In this document: positions 36,061 through 44,424 of the stretch, piece after piece
How positions within the stretch are numbered: position 1 is the stretch's first letter
Layout: each line of letters opens with the position of its first letter
Source of the DNA: Bdellovibrionales bacterium
GTDB lineage: Bacteria; Bdellovibrionota; Bdellovibrionia; Bdellovibrionales; JAGQZY01
DNA length: 64,000 nucleotides
Direction of reading: 5' to 3'
NCBI GenBank assembly: GCA_041736155.1
Contig: JBGSUL010000002.1
Span: 2,151-66,150 of the forward strand
Notes under the pieces: generated by a model
Told to the model about the DNA's origin: nothing
The model's input: only the letters and a program-made list of their open reading frames with translations
Databases searched by the model: none
Position numbers and translations under genes: made by a program

Positions 36061-36894
36061 TTAACTCAAGAGTCTAAGAGCTTGTTTTGGAACTTCGTTC
36101 GCTTGAGCCAATACATTTGTTGAAGCATTCAACAAAATTTGGCTTTTTGTAAACTCAGCTGTTGATTCTGCAACATCCGTGTCTCTGATTCGCGAATTCG
36201 CCGAAGATAAGTTCTCAATCTGGGTGCCTAAATTCTCGGTGGTAGAACTTAATCTGTTTTGAATAGCTCCTATATTTGCTCTGAAACTATTTACTTTTGT
36301 TTGACCTTCATCAAGCATCGCGAGAGCGTCTTTAGCGCCATCTTTACTTGAGAAATCTATGCTAGATACGCCTAAGTTGGACGCTGTGGCATCTGATTGT
36401 GAAGTATCAAAGGAGATCACATCTTCTTCACCACTTCCATTAATACCGACTTGGAAGTCGTAAGATTCGCCCGAGCCATCCAACAGTTTTTTACTTCCAA
36501 ACTGTGTGGTCGAAGCGATGCGATCTACTTCTTGCATCAACTGTGTTAATTCTTGGTTGATGAATTTTCTTTCATTGTCACCCACAGTATCAGAAGCTGC
36601 TTGAATACCAAGTTCACGCATACGCGTAAAGATGTTACTGATCTCACCAAGGCCACCTTCTGCCACTTGAAGAAGAGAAACCCCATCGTTGGTATTTCGC
36701 AATGCTTGCTTGAACCCACGAATTTGTGATTTCATCCCTTCAGAGATGGATAATCCCGCAGCATCATCCGCGGCTTTAGTGATACGACTTCCCGATGACA
36801 ACTGTGACATGGCTTTATCCATGATGCGTTGGTTACCCTCGAGTGACTTTTGTGCGGTTAACGACGGCACATTCGTCGCAATTCTTAAACTCAT
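36061..36894 (-). CDS. fliC: Flagellin
   Basis: 277 aa. MSLRIATNVPSLTAQKSL N-terminus and a conserved C-terminus (ILLNASTNVLAQANEVPKQALRLLS). Confidence 0.9.
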   Translation of the reverse strand: MSLRIATNVPSLTAQKSLEGNQRIMDKAMSQLSSGSRITKAADDAAGLSISEGMKSQIRGFKQALRNTNDGVSLLQVAEGGLGEISNIFTRMRELGIQAASDTVGDNERKFINQELTQLMQEVDRIASTTQFGSKKLLDGSGESYDFQVGINGSGEEDVISFDTSQSDATASNLGVSSIDFSSKDGAKDALAMLDEGQTKVNSFRANIGAIQNRLSSTTENLGTQIENLSSANSRIRDTDVAESTAEFTKSQILLNASTNVLAQANEVPKQALRLLS

Positions 36895-37007
36895 ATTCTT
36901 CCTCCTGGTTTAAGTTACGTTTTCTTTATTACTCACACCTGACCTTTCGGCTGATCTAGGTAAGCCTGAAGTCGAGTCGAGGAGATCTGGACTTTCATCC
37001 ATAAAAA

Positions 37008-37043
37008 CTAGACTTCGGTTGAGGAGGGAAGATTTTCTAGACT
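37008..37043 (-). promoter_or_regulatory. Candidate sigma-28-type promoter for the flagellin at 36061..36894
   Basis: Minus strand reads TAGA-N15-AACCGAAG-TCTAG. It shares the CCGAAG-TCTAG extended -10 with the promoters at 8171-8203 and 38119-38150. The -35 is weak. Confidence 0.35.
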
Positions 37044-37136
37044 TTGGGTTGAAAAATATGAAAACAAAAAGAAGAACAAGAGGTTAAATAGAATTTTCGC
37101 TAAAAACGTAAAAACAACAGTGTTTAAACCATAAAC

Positions 37137-37163
37137 AAAAAAGCCCGGATCGATCCGGGCTTT
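37137..37163 (-). terminator. Rho-independent terminator after the flagellin at 37214..38041
   Basis: GCCCGGATCGATCCGGGC palindrome followed on the minus strand by T6. Confidence 0.7.
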
Positions 37164-37213
37164 GGTTCACGACGTTGGTCGTGGTCAATGATTCAATACT
37201 AAACGTAAGTTGT

Positions 37214-38041
37214 TTAACCGAGGAGTCGTAAGGCGGCAGAAGTGGAGTTGTTGGCTTGCGCTAACATTCCAATCGATGCCTGTTGGAGAATCTGCGACGA
37301 GGTAAACTCTGCTGTCTCGTGGGCAATGTCAGCATCACGAATGCGCGAGTTCGCTGCAGATAAACTCTCGTTGGATACATCGATGTTACGAATCGCCGAA
37401 TCCATGCGGTTTTGGAAGGCACCAAAGTTAGCGCGCATCCCTCCGACTTTGACAATGGCTTCATCGATATAATCGAGAGCATTGCGTGCCCCTGATTTAT
37501 CGGTAAAGTCCATGCCGTCTACTCCGAGGTTTGAAGCTGTGGCATCCGCATCCATATTAAAAGATATACTACTGTTCTCGTCGCTATTGACGCCCACTTG
37601 GAAATCCAGCTCTGTATTTGAGCCATCGAGAAGTTTGGTTTCTCCAAATTTAGTTGTGGCGGCGATACGATCCAACTCTTGCACTAAGTGTTGAGCTTCC
37701 ACATCGAGGAACTTTCTCTCCTCATCACCAATGGTATCACTCGCACCTTGCACACCGAGTTCTCGTAAGCGTATCAAAATGTTACTCACTTCGTTGAGAC
37801 CGCCCTCTCCCACTTGAATAAAGGAGACCGCATTCTCGGCGTTTCGACGCGCCATCTGCATGCCGCGAATATCTCCGCGCAGTTTTTCAGATATAGCGAG
37901 CCCAGCAGCATCATCGGAAGCTTGCGTTATGCGACTTCCTGAAGCCAGGGCTTGCATGGCGTGTGCGTTTTTGTTTTGTTGTATCCCTAGGTTTCTCTGT
38001 GCGTTGATCGACGCAATATTGGTATTAATCCTTAAGCTCAT
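37214..38041 (-). CDS. fliC: Flagellin
   Basis: 275 aa. MSLRINTNIASINAQRNL N-terminus and C-terminal ILQQASIGMLAQANNSTSAALRLLG. Confidence 0.9.
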   Translation of the reverse strand: MSLRINTNIASINAQRNLGIQQNKNAHAMQALASGSRITQASDDAAGLAISEKLRGDIRGMQMARRNAENAVSFIQVGEGGLNEVSNILIRLRELGVQGASDTIGDEERKFLDVEAQHLVQELDRIAATTKFGETKLLDGSNTELDFQVGVNSDENSSISFNMDADATASNLGVDGMDFTDKSGARNALDYIDEAIVKVGGMRANFGAFQNRMDSAIRNIDVSNESLSAANSRIRDADIAHETAEFTSSQILQQASIGMLAQANNSTSAALRLLG

Positions 38042-38118
38042 ATTTGCCTCCTACAGTCTCCATCCCCTGGACATCCCACGTTCTACGATCACTCATCCTT
38101 GTGACTGACTGTTTATAC

Positions 38119-38150
38119 CTAGACTATCGGCGGGCTGAGACAAAACTTTA
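38119..38150 (-). promoter_or_regulatory. Sigma-28 (FliA) promoter of the flagellin at 37214..38041
   Basis: Minus strand reads TAAA(38150-38147)-N15-GCCGATAG(38131-38124)-TCTAG, a near-perfect match to TAAA-N15-GCCGATAA. It lies about 83 nt upstream of the ATG. Confidence 0.7.
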
Positions 38151-38353
38151 GTCTAGTAACCAATTTGAGACAAAAATTCTTCAGAAATATAGAGGTGTTG
38201 CAGGAAAGCAACGGAGTGCGCCTCGAGGTGAAACGTTCCTTAACACAGCTGGGTGTTCTTTTTTGACTTACGAGTTTCCCGAAGCAGGACGCACCACATG
38301 AAGACTGGTTAGCTATGGAAGTAAGCAATTTTATCTGTATATAAGGGGCGTCA

Positions 38354-39865
38354 ATGAGGACTCTGACTCGACAATTAAGAAAAGTTCGCACACTATCACG
38401 CCAACTTTTGGGGGGAACGACACGCATGGGGCTGCGACGTCATAGTCATATTCATTTATTTTTATCTATGATCATAGTTATTTTAGGTACTCATACCGTC
38501 GGTGCTGCAACACCCGATGCCAGCACGCTCTCACTTCAATCCTATGTGCGTAAAAATCTCAGTGTAAACGAAGTTGTACAACAAGCCCTCTTACAAAAGA
38601 AAAATTCCGAAGCCAAACAAGCGCGTGCTTCAGATGTCTTTCAAAACACCCTGACGCTACAGCCAGGCTTGTACACTCGCGAGTTTCTCTCAGGTTCGGG
38701 TTTACAGTTTAATGAACAACGTCCGAGCATTTGGGGGCAGATGACCCAGCGTCTTCCCACCGGCAGCGTGCTCGGTGCGGAAACCACCTACTTTTTAGAA
38801 GATACCAATCCGGCTGTCGGTGGAACAAATAGCGATTACCGCTTTTATATTGAGCAGCCCTTATGGCGAAACTCTTTTGGCTCACTGTGGAGACGCCAAA
38901 CCGAAAGTGCCGAAGCCGAAGTCAGACAAATGAATTTCAGTGAGCAAGTGGCATGGATTGACATCTGTCTGTCCTCTTCGGAAAACTACATCAATACATT
39001 TTTGGCGCAAGAAGAACGACGGCTGCAAAAAGAAGCTCACGAAGTGGCGCAAAAGGCCAAGTCTTTGGCACAAAAAGCCTATCAGCAGCGCGTGCTTCGC
39101 CGGTTAGACTATTTAAATTCCCAATCCGATTATCTCAAAGTCAAAAACGATCATTTGCGTGCCGAAGCGGAGTTTCAACAACGCTTTGCTACTTTAAAGG
39201 TCCAAGCTGAAGACGAACAGCTTGCCGAGAATTTGCTCGATCCCACAGATTTTTTTGACAAGATCCCGCTGGTAGAAACCTTTTCGTCATCGACCACCTT
39301 GCGTATTCTCGCTTTGCAGGCCCAAGTGGAGGCTCAACACGCTAATTATCTCGCCGAGAAAAATCGCACCCGCTCGGCTGTGGACTTTGGCGCTGAAACT
39401 CGCCGGATTCGCTCTGTGCAACCATCGGATATCGGTCTCCTCAATGCACAACAAGACATCACGCAAGTTTACCTGCGTTTACAACTGCCTCTCATCAATA
39501 AAACATTTAAAGCCGATGTCGCAACGGCTCATAACAATTGGGATTGGGCGGAGTTCGAAAAGCAAAGACAAGAAAAATTGATCACGACTCAGTTTCAGCA
39601 AAATCGAACGTTCTTTAAAAACCGCAGCGAACAGCTGCTTGTCGCGCAAGAGAATGTATCGATCAAACGTCGACAACTCCAAGAAGCCACCCAGCTTTTG
39701 CAAGTTGGGCGCATTGAATTTATGGAATACGTTATATACCGGGATGCCCTCCTCAACGAAGAAATCAACCTCCTGCGTTTGCGCGCGGGCCTCTGGCAAC
39801 TCAAGGCTCAGCTCGCTCAGTACGATGAAACCTACCTCAAACAATGTAAGGAACTCGTCTTATGA
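38354..39865 (+). CDS. TolC-family outer-membrane efflux protein
   Basis: 503 aa with two-repeat coiled-coil/beta architecture typical of outer-membrane factors. Alternative start at ATG 38426 (signal-like MGLRRHSHIHLFLSMIIVILG). Confidence 0.75.
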   Translation: MRTLTRQLRKVRTLSRQLLGGTTRMGLRRHSHIHLFLSMIIVILGTHTVGAATPDASTLSLQSYVRKNLSVNEVVQQALLQKKNSEAKQARASDVFQNTLTLQPGLYTREFLSGSGLQFNEQRPSIWGQMTQRLPTGSVLGAETTYFLEDTNPAVGGTNSDYRFYIEQPLWRNSFGSLWRRQTESAEAEVRQMNFSEQVAWIDICLSSSENYINTFLAQEERRLQKEAHEVAQKAKSLAQKAYQQRVLRRLDYLNSQSDYLKVKNDHLRAEAEFQQRFATLKVQAEDEQLAENLLDPTDFFDKIPLVETFSSSTTLRILALQAQVEAQHANYLAEKNRTRSAVDFGAETRRIRSVQPSDIGLLNAQQDITQVYLRLQLPLINKTFKADVATAHNNWDWAEFEKQRQEKLITTQFQQNRTFFKNRSEQLLVAQENVSIKRRQLQEATQLLQVGRIEFMEYVIYRDALLNEEINLLRLRAGLWQLKAQLAQYDETYLKQCKELVL

Positions 39866-42800
39866 AGAAGCTGATTGAGTATTTTATTTCGCGCACCAAG
39901 CTGGTGAACCTGATCACCCTCGGTCTTACGATTGTGGGTCTCGTGTCGCTCTACTTCACGCGTCGCGATCTTCACCCGCCGTTTAAATTCAATATCGTCA
40001 ACGTGACCGCTGTGCTCGAATCTGCCTCCTCGGAAGAAATCGAACGCCTGCTCACTTACCCCATCGAAGAAGTTTTGCAAACTGTACCCGGCTATGACGA
40101 AATCAATTCGCGCTCACGCACTGGGTTTATGCGAATCTCGGTAAAATTCCCGCAATCAGAAAAGAACCTTCCCGAAAAAATGGAAATGATTCGTGGGCGC
40201 ATCCAAGTGGCTCTGCGCGATTTGCCGCCCGAAGTGCGCGACGTGAATATCGCGCAAAGCGAAGATAACGAGATTTTTCTCGCCAATTTGGCCGTGAGCG
40301 GGATCGACCCTCTTCTCCCCGCCCATCACGAATTTATGGAGTATCTCAAGAGCAAGGTGCGTTCCGTGGCTGGAATTTCCTCCATGACGTCCTCGTTGCG
40401 TCCGCTGCAAATCTTTATCCGTTTTGACCCCGAAAAACTCGCTCGTTACGGACTCACGGTGGCGCAGTTAAGAACCCAAATCCGCTCAGAGTTGGATCCC
40501 AAGGCCATTGGTTTTAACTCGATGAATGGGCGTGAGTGGCTTCTCGAGTTTGCCAATCCGCAAATGGATCCCAAGTTTATTTCGCAAATTCCACTCTATC
40601 AAAGTAGTTACGGACAAAAGCTGCAACTCAAAGATGTAGCGAAGGTCGGATACGATTCCGAACGGAATGACAATTACCACTACCTGCTCAATGGCGAAAA
40701 TGCTGTTGAAGTGTACATTCGCAAAACGCCCGAGAGTGATGGTTTAGTCACCTTTGCCAAACTGCAAGAGGTCTTAGCACAAATTAAAACTCCTCCAGGA
40801 ATTTCTCTGCGCACCATTGGCGACAGCCCTTATTTTATCAATCAACAGATCAACGTTTTACTGTCCAATGGTTTTGGCGGCTTGATCTTAGTTTTGGGCA
40901 TGCTCGCTTGGGCGATGAGTTTGAAAACCTCGTTGATGACGGCCATTGGTTTACCGATCTCTTATTTTGGAACTTTTATTGTTTTAAAATTTCTCGGGAT
41001 GTCGATCGATCTGATTTCCATGATCGCCATGATCTTGGTTGTAGGTAACTTGGTGGACGATGCGGTGATCTTCGCCGAGCGCTACACCCAGTTACTCTCA
41101 GAAGGATTAACTCCTGAAGATTCGGCATCGCAAGCTGCGCGCGAATTGATCGTGCCGGTCACCGGCACCATCCTCACTATCATTTGTGCCTTTTCGCCCA
41201 TCCTTTTTGTCGAAGGCGAGATGTCGATCATTTTCCGCGCGATTCCGATCGTCGTCGGCACAGCCCTTTTCTTAAGTTGGTTTGAAACATTTTTTATTCT
41301 CCCCAATCACTTGGCGCACTATGTGCGCACACCACCGCGTGAGCGCTCTATCAACTTTTTTAATGCCCTTGCCCGCCACTATAAAAAAATTCTCAATCAC
41401 ACTCTGCAGTGGCGTTATATTTACGGACTGGCCTGTATCGTGGGGCTGGGATTTTCCCTCTACACTGCCTCAAAAATGCCCCAGGATTTTTCCTTGAATG
41501 TCAGCGCTCCCCTCGTGGAAGTGTTTGCTATCTTTAAAGAAGAAAAAACTTATGACGAAGTCAAAGCCGCCCTAAAGCCACTGACGTTGCGTCTGCGTGA
41601 ACGCACTCAAGGGAAAGTGGATTTTGTCGAAACCAATATGGGCTGGATCTGGCGCGACGGAAAAACCTATCGAGGACCAAAATATGCCACTTTAGCTCTC
41701 GTGCTCAATCGCGATGAGTCCGATGTCAAAACCGTCAAAGCGGAAATTTTAAAAATTGTCGAAGACGAATTAAAAAACTTTAAACACGAAAATCTCCAAG
41801 AGATCACGGCTAAAGAATCCCAGCGCGGCGGTGGCGCTCGTCGTATGAACATGGCGAGTATTGAACTGGAAGGGCGCGACAGTGCTATGTTTAAACAAGC
41901 GCGGGAAGAACTGATTGCCGCTGTTGCCAATAAAGGTTTGGTGCAAGAGTACATTCTCCCCGACAATCACGGACCGATGACTTATCAGTTTTTACCACTC
42001 CCCGAGGCCGTTAAGCTCCATGGTCTCTCTAAAGCTGAATTGGCTTTTCAGATTCAAGCGCAAACCAGCGCTGTGGAACTGGTTCGCGGTCGCGAACAGG
42101 GCCGATGGATGAAGGTGATGATGGAGCCGCAAACCCTTCAGGAGCCCAATGACAGTGATTTAAAAAAGATCACCATTCAATCGCCACGTCACGGAGAGGC
42201 GTTACCTTTACAATTTCTCGGCGAGTGGCGCAAAGTGGGTTTTACCGATGCCATCGAACATAAAAAAGGCGAACGCATCTCGGTTTTAGATTTCCGTTTT
42301 GACGGCGAAAAAACCAACGAACAAGTGGTTCAAGCCCAACTCAACGAGGCGATCAAACCTTTTATTGCTAAATTTCCTCAAATGAAAATCCACACGATCG
42401 ACGCCAACGAAGAAGATAAAAAAGGGCGAGATTGGACAAAACAAATTGTTCTGATCGCTGGAATTCTCATTTATTTTATTCTCGCCGCGGCTTTGCGGTC
42501 CTGGACACAACCGTTGATTGTCGGGCTCCCCATCCCTTTTGCCTTGATCGGCGTGATTTGGGCGCTCAAGCTCCATCATTTACCGCTGAGTTTGATGTCG
42601 ATGATCGGCTTGATAGGAACGATGGGCGTGGCCGTCAACGATAGCATCGTGATGGTGGATCATATCAATCGCCTGTGGCGTGAAGCTGGCCGTAAAACCA
42701 AAGAGTTGGTGCTGGATGGCGCCTCGTCACGCATTCGCGCGATTACGTTGACCGCCAGTTGCACGTTGGTGGGTGTGTTCCCCACCGCTTACGGGATTGG

Positions 42801-43017
42801 TGGCGAATCAGGCTTTACGCAACCCTTAGCATTTTCCATGGGCTGGGGATTACTGACGTCGCTCTGTCTGACGCTTTTTATTATTCCAGCCATGCTCATG
42901 GTTTTGGAGGATATAAAAAGCAGTTTCCGTAAATGGTTCTCTCGATCCAAAGCAAATGGTACACATCCACCTCTGACAGTACCACCAGATAAAATTCAAA
43001 ATGTTCCGCTTGCATGA
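39862..43017 (+). CDS. RND (AcrB/AcrD/AcrF-type) efflux permease
   Basis: 1051 aa with a 12-TM plus two large periplasmic loops layout. Conserved TM4 region MILVVGNLVDDAVIFAE and a pseudo-repeat MGVAVNDSIVMVDHI. ATGA overlap with the TolC gene. Confidence 0.85.
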   Translation: MKKLIEYFISRTKLVNLITLGLTIVGLVSLYFTRRDLHPPFKFNIVNVTAVLESASSEEIERLLTYPIEEVLQTVPGYDEINSRSRTGFMRISVKFPQSEKNLPEKMEMIRGRIQVALRDLPPEVRDVNIAQSEDNEIFLANLAVSGIDPLLPAHHEFMEYLKSKVRSVAGISSMTSSLRPLQIFIRFDPEKLARYGLTVAQLRTQIRSELDPKAIGFNSMNGREWLLEFANPQMDPKFISQIPLYQSSYGQKLQLKDVAKVGYDSERNDNYHYLLNGENAVEVYIRKTPESDGLVTFAKLQEVLAQIKTPPGISLRTIGDSPYFINQQINVLLSNGFGGLILVLGMLAWAMSLKTSLMTAIGLPISYFGTFIVLKFLGMSIDLISMIAMILVVGNLVDDAVIFAERYTQLLSEGLTPEDSASQAARELIVPVTGTILTIICAFSPILFVEGEMSIIFRAIPIVVGTALFLSWFETFFILPNHLAHYVRTPPRERSINFFNALARHYKKILNHTLQWRYIYGLACIVGLGFSLYTASKMPQDFSLNVSAPLVEVFAIFKEEKTYDEVKAALKPLTLRLRERTQGKVDFVETNMGWIWRDGKTYRGPKYATLALVLNRDESDVKTVKAEILKIVEDELKNFKHENLQEITAKESQRGGGARRMNMASIELEGRDSAMFKQAREELIAAVANKGLVQEYILPDNHGPMTYQFLPLPEAVKLHGLSKAELAFQIQAQTSAVELVRGREQGRWMKVMMEPQTLQEPNDSDLKKITIQSPRHGEALPLQFLGEWRKVGFTDAIEHKKGERISVLDFRFDGEKTNEQVVQAQLNEAIKPFIAKFPQMKIHTIDANEEDKKGRDWTKQIVLIAGILIYFILAAALRSWTQPLIVGLPIPFALIGVIWALKLHHLPLSLMSMIGLIGTMGVAVNDSIVMVDHINRLWREAGRKTKELVLDGASSRIRAITLTASCTLVGVFPTAYGIGGESGFTQPLAFSMGWGLLTSLCLTLFIIPAMLMVLEDIKSSFRKWFSRSKANGTHPPLTVPPDKIQNVPLA

Positions 43018-43073
43018 ATGAGTAGGTGCCCTTACGCTCATAGACTGAACTATTCAATCTCTGAGAGAAACAC

Positions 43074-43652
43074 ATGTCTATTGCCCACAAATATTCCTTT
43101 TATGATGCTACATCAGAAACAATTATTGAAAATCTCAGCTGGGTGCAAGCCCATGCCCTTTGTAGAATTCTAATCAAAAAAGGTTATAATTCCTTTTACA
43201 TTCTTTCCACACAAGATGGAAATTGGCTTCCTCTCGCCTTGCGCATCCAAGATATCCTCAAAGATAAATCTCAACTCTACAGAACAATCCCAACTCCCAC
43301 AGATCGTCTCGACGATGAAACGATAGCCACACATCAACTGATTGAGGCACCTACCGAGAGACGCATGCATGAGCGCATTCCTAAATCACTCAATCTCACA
43401 TTAGATATTGATGGCTTACTAAAACAAACCAAAAGCGTTGATATATCTCTTGGGGGGATGAAAATCCAAGACTCTTTCGAACTTCCCAAAAAGAACAAAT
43501 TCATTCTCGCGTATGTAAAACTCCAAAGCGATATTGTTATTGAATTTAAAATCAAACCCCTATCAAAAACAGGAAAAAATTTTAATTCTTTTGAAATCAT
43601 TAGTTGCAATAATCTGCCTGTTTGGAAAAACACAATTGAGCAAAAGACTTAA
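43074..43652 (+). CDS. PilZ-domain (c-di-GMP-binding) protein
   Basis: RRMHER (RxxxR) followed by DISLGG (D/NxSxxG) in the C-terminal half. Confidence 0.7.
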   Translation: MSIAHKYSFYDATSETIIENLSWVQAHALCRILIKKGYNSFYILSTQDGNWLPLALRIQDILKDKSQLYRTIPTPTDRLDDETIATHQLIEAPTERRMHERIPKSLNLTLDIDGLLKQTKSVDISLGGMKIQDSFELPKKNKFILAYVKLQSDIVIEFKIKPLSKTGKNFNSFEIISCNNLPVWKNTIEQKT

Positions 43653-43655
43653 CCT

Positions 43656-43690
43656 GCCAGGTAACAGTTCCCTTTTTGTATTGCACTGCT
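43656..43690. repeat. 35-nt repeat copy A (GCCAGGTAACAGTTCCCTTTTTGTATTGCACTGCT)
   Basis: Exact reverse complement of 44392-44426. 33 nt are identical in direct orientation to 44318-44350. It starts 4 nt after the PilZ stop. Confidence 0.95.
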
Positions 43691-43753
43691 GATGGTTATG
43701 GAAGATGTAAAATCCACCTTCCATAAGTGGTTGAGTAAATCGAAAGGGACGAG

Positions 43754-44257
43754 TCAGTCTCTACGAATCAACGACTCTAGCTCGCCACGAAACTCAGAAA
43801 GTTTTTTGTAAAGCGGCTGATCACGGTAGGCGTCGGGTCCGTGAGGACCGTTGAACGACATAAAGAAGTCTACTCGCACCGGCTTTTTGTCGGCTGTGTA
43901 CGCAAGTCTTAAGGAATAGCTACGATTGGTCATGCCGGGGTGGCTCTCGCGATTGTGTTCTGGAGCTTCTGGTGCTTCTGAATGATTTTTTGTGAACCCA
44001 TATTTTTGAATCAACAGAACAATACTTTTCAGCTTTTCGTCATTTATCTTATAAACCGATGGAGGCATGTCTCCACGCCCACCAGGTTGGTAACCGCCCC
44101 GTCGATCACCAATGGCGGCTTCATTTCCTTTGATCTCAATAAACTCTTCGAGGGAATTAGAATCTCTACTTTTTTCGCTTCGAGTATAAGAAAATGTTAA
44201 TTCTGTTAAATTCATCGCCCACCCCATGGATAAAAGAAGAAAAATGACGGAAGTCAT
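43754..44257 (-). CDS. Hypothetical protein with a hydrophobic N-terminus, inside the repeat-bounded segment
   Basis: 167-aa ORF with N-terminus MTSVIFLLLSMGWA. No family recognised. Confidence 0.5.
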   Translation of the reverse strand: MTSVIFLLLSMGWAMNLTELTFSYTRSEKSRDSNSLEEFIEIKGNEAAIGDRRGGYQPGGRGDMPPSVYKINDEKLKSIVLLIQKYGFTKNHSEAPEAPEHNRESHPGMTNRSYSLRLAYTADKKPVRVDFFMSFNGPHGPDAYRDQPLYKKLSEFRGELESLIRRD

Positions 44258-44317
44258 AAAACAAGGCTAGCACAAGTCATTTTGAGAGCAAGGGAATACC
44301 TTTTTCTAGGCTTTAGG

Positions 44318-44424
44318 CAGGTAACAGTTCCCTTTTTGTATTGCACTGCTTTCTAAATAAAGAACTCTTTATATGAGTTCTTTATTTAGAAAGCAGTGCA
44401 ATACAAAAAGGGAACTGTTACCTG
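44318..44424. repeat. Perfect palindrome with 50-bp arms and a 7-nt loop (repeat copies B and C)
   Basis: 44318-44367 is the exact reverse complement of 44375-44424. The outer end overlaps the last codons and stop (44418-44420) of the HD-domain gene. Confidence 0.95.

Noticed and set aside
36944-36970. GCCGAAAG as an alternative sigma-28 -10 element for the first flagellin.
   Set aside because: The -35 position reads TTCA and there is no trailing TCTAG. The 37008-37043 candidate fits the local promoter family better. Only a 5'-end map can decide.
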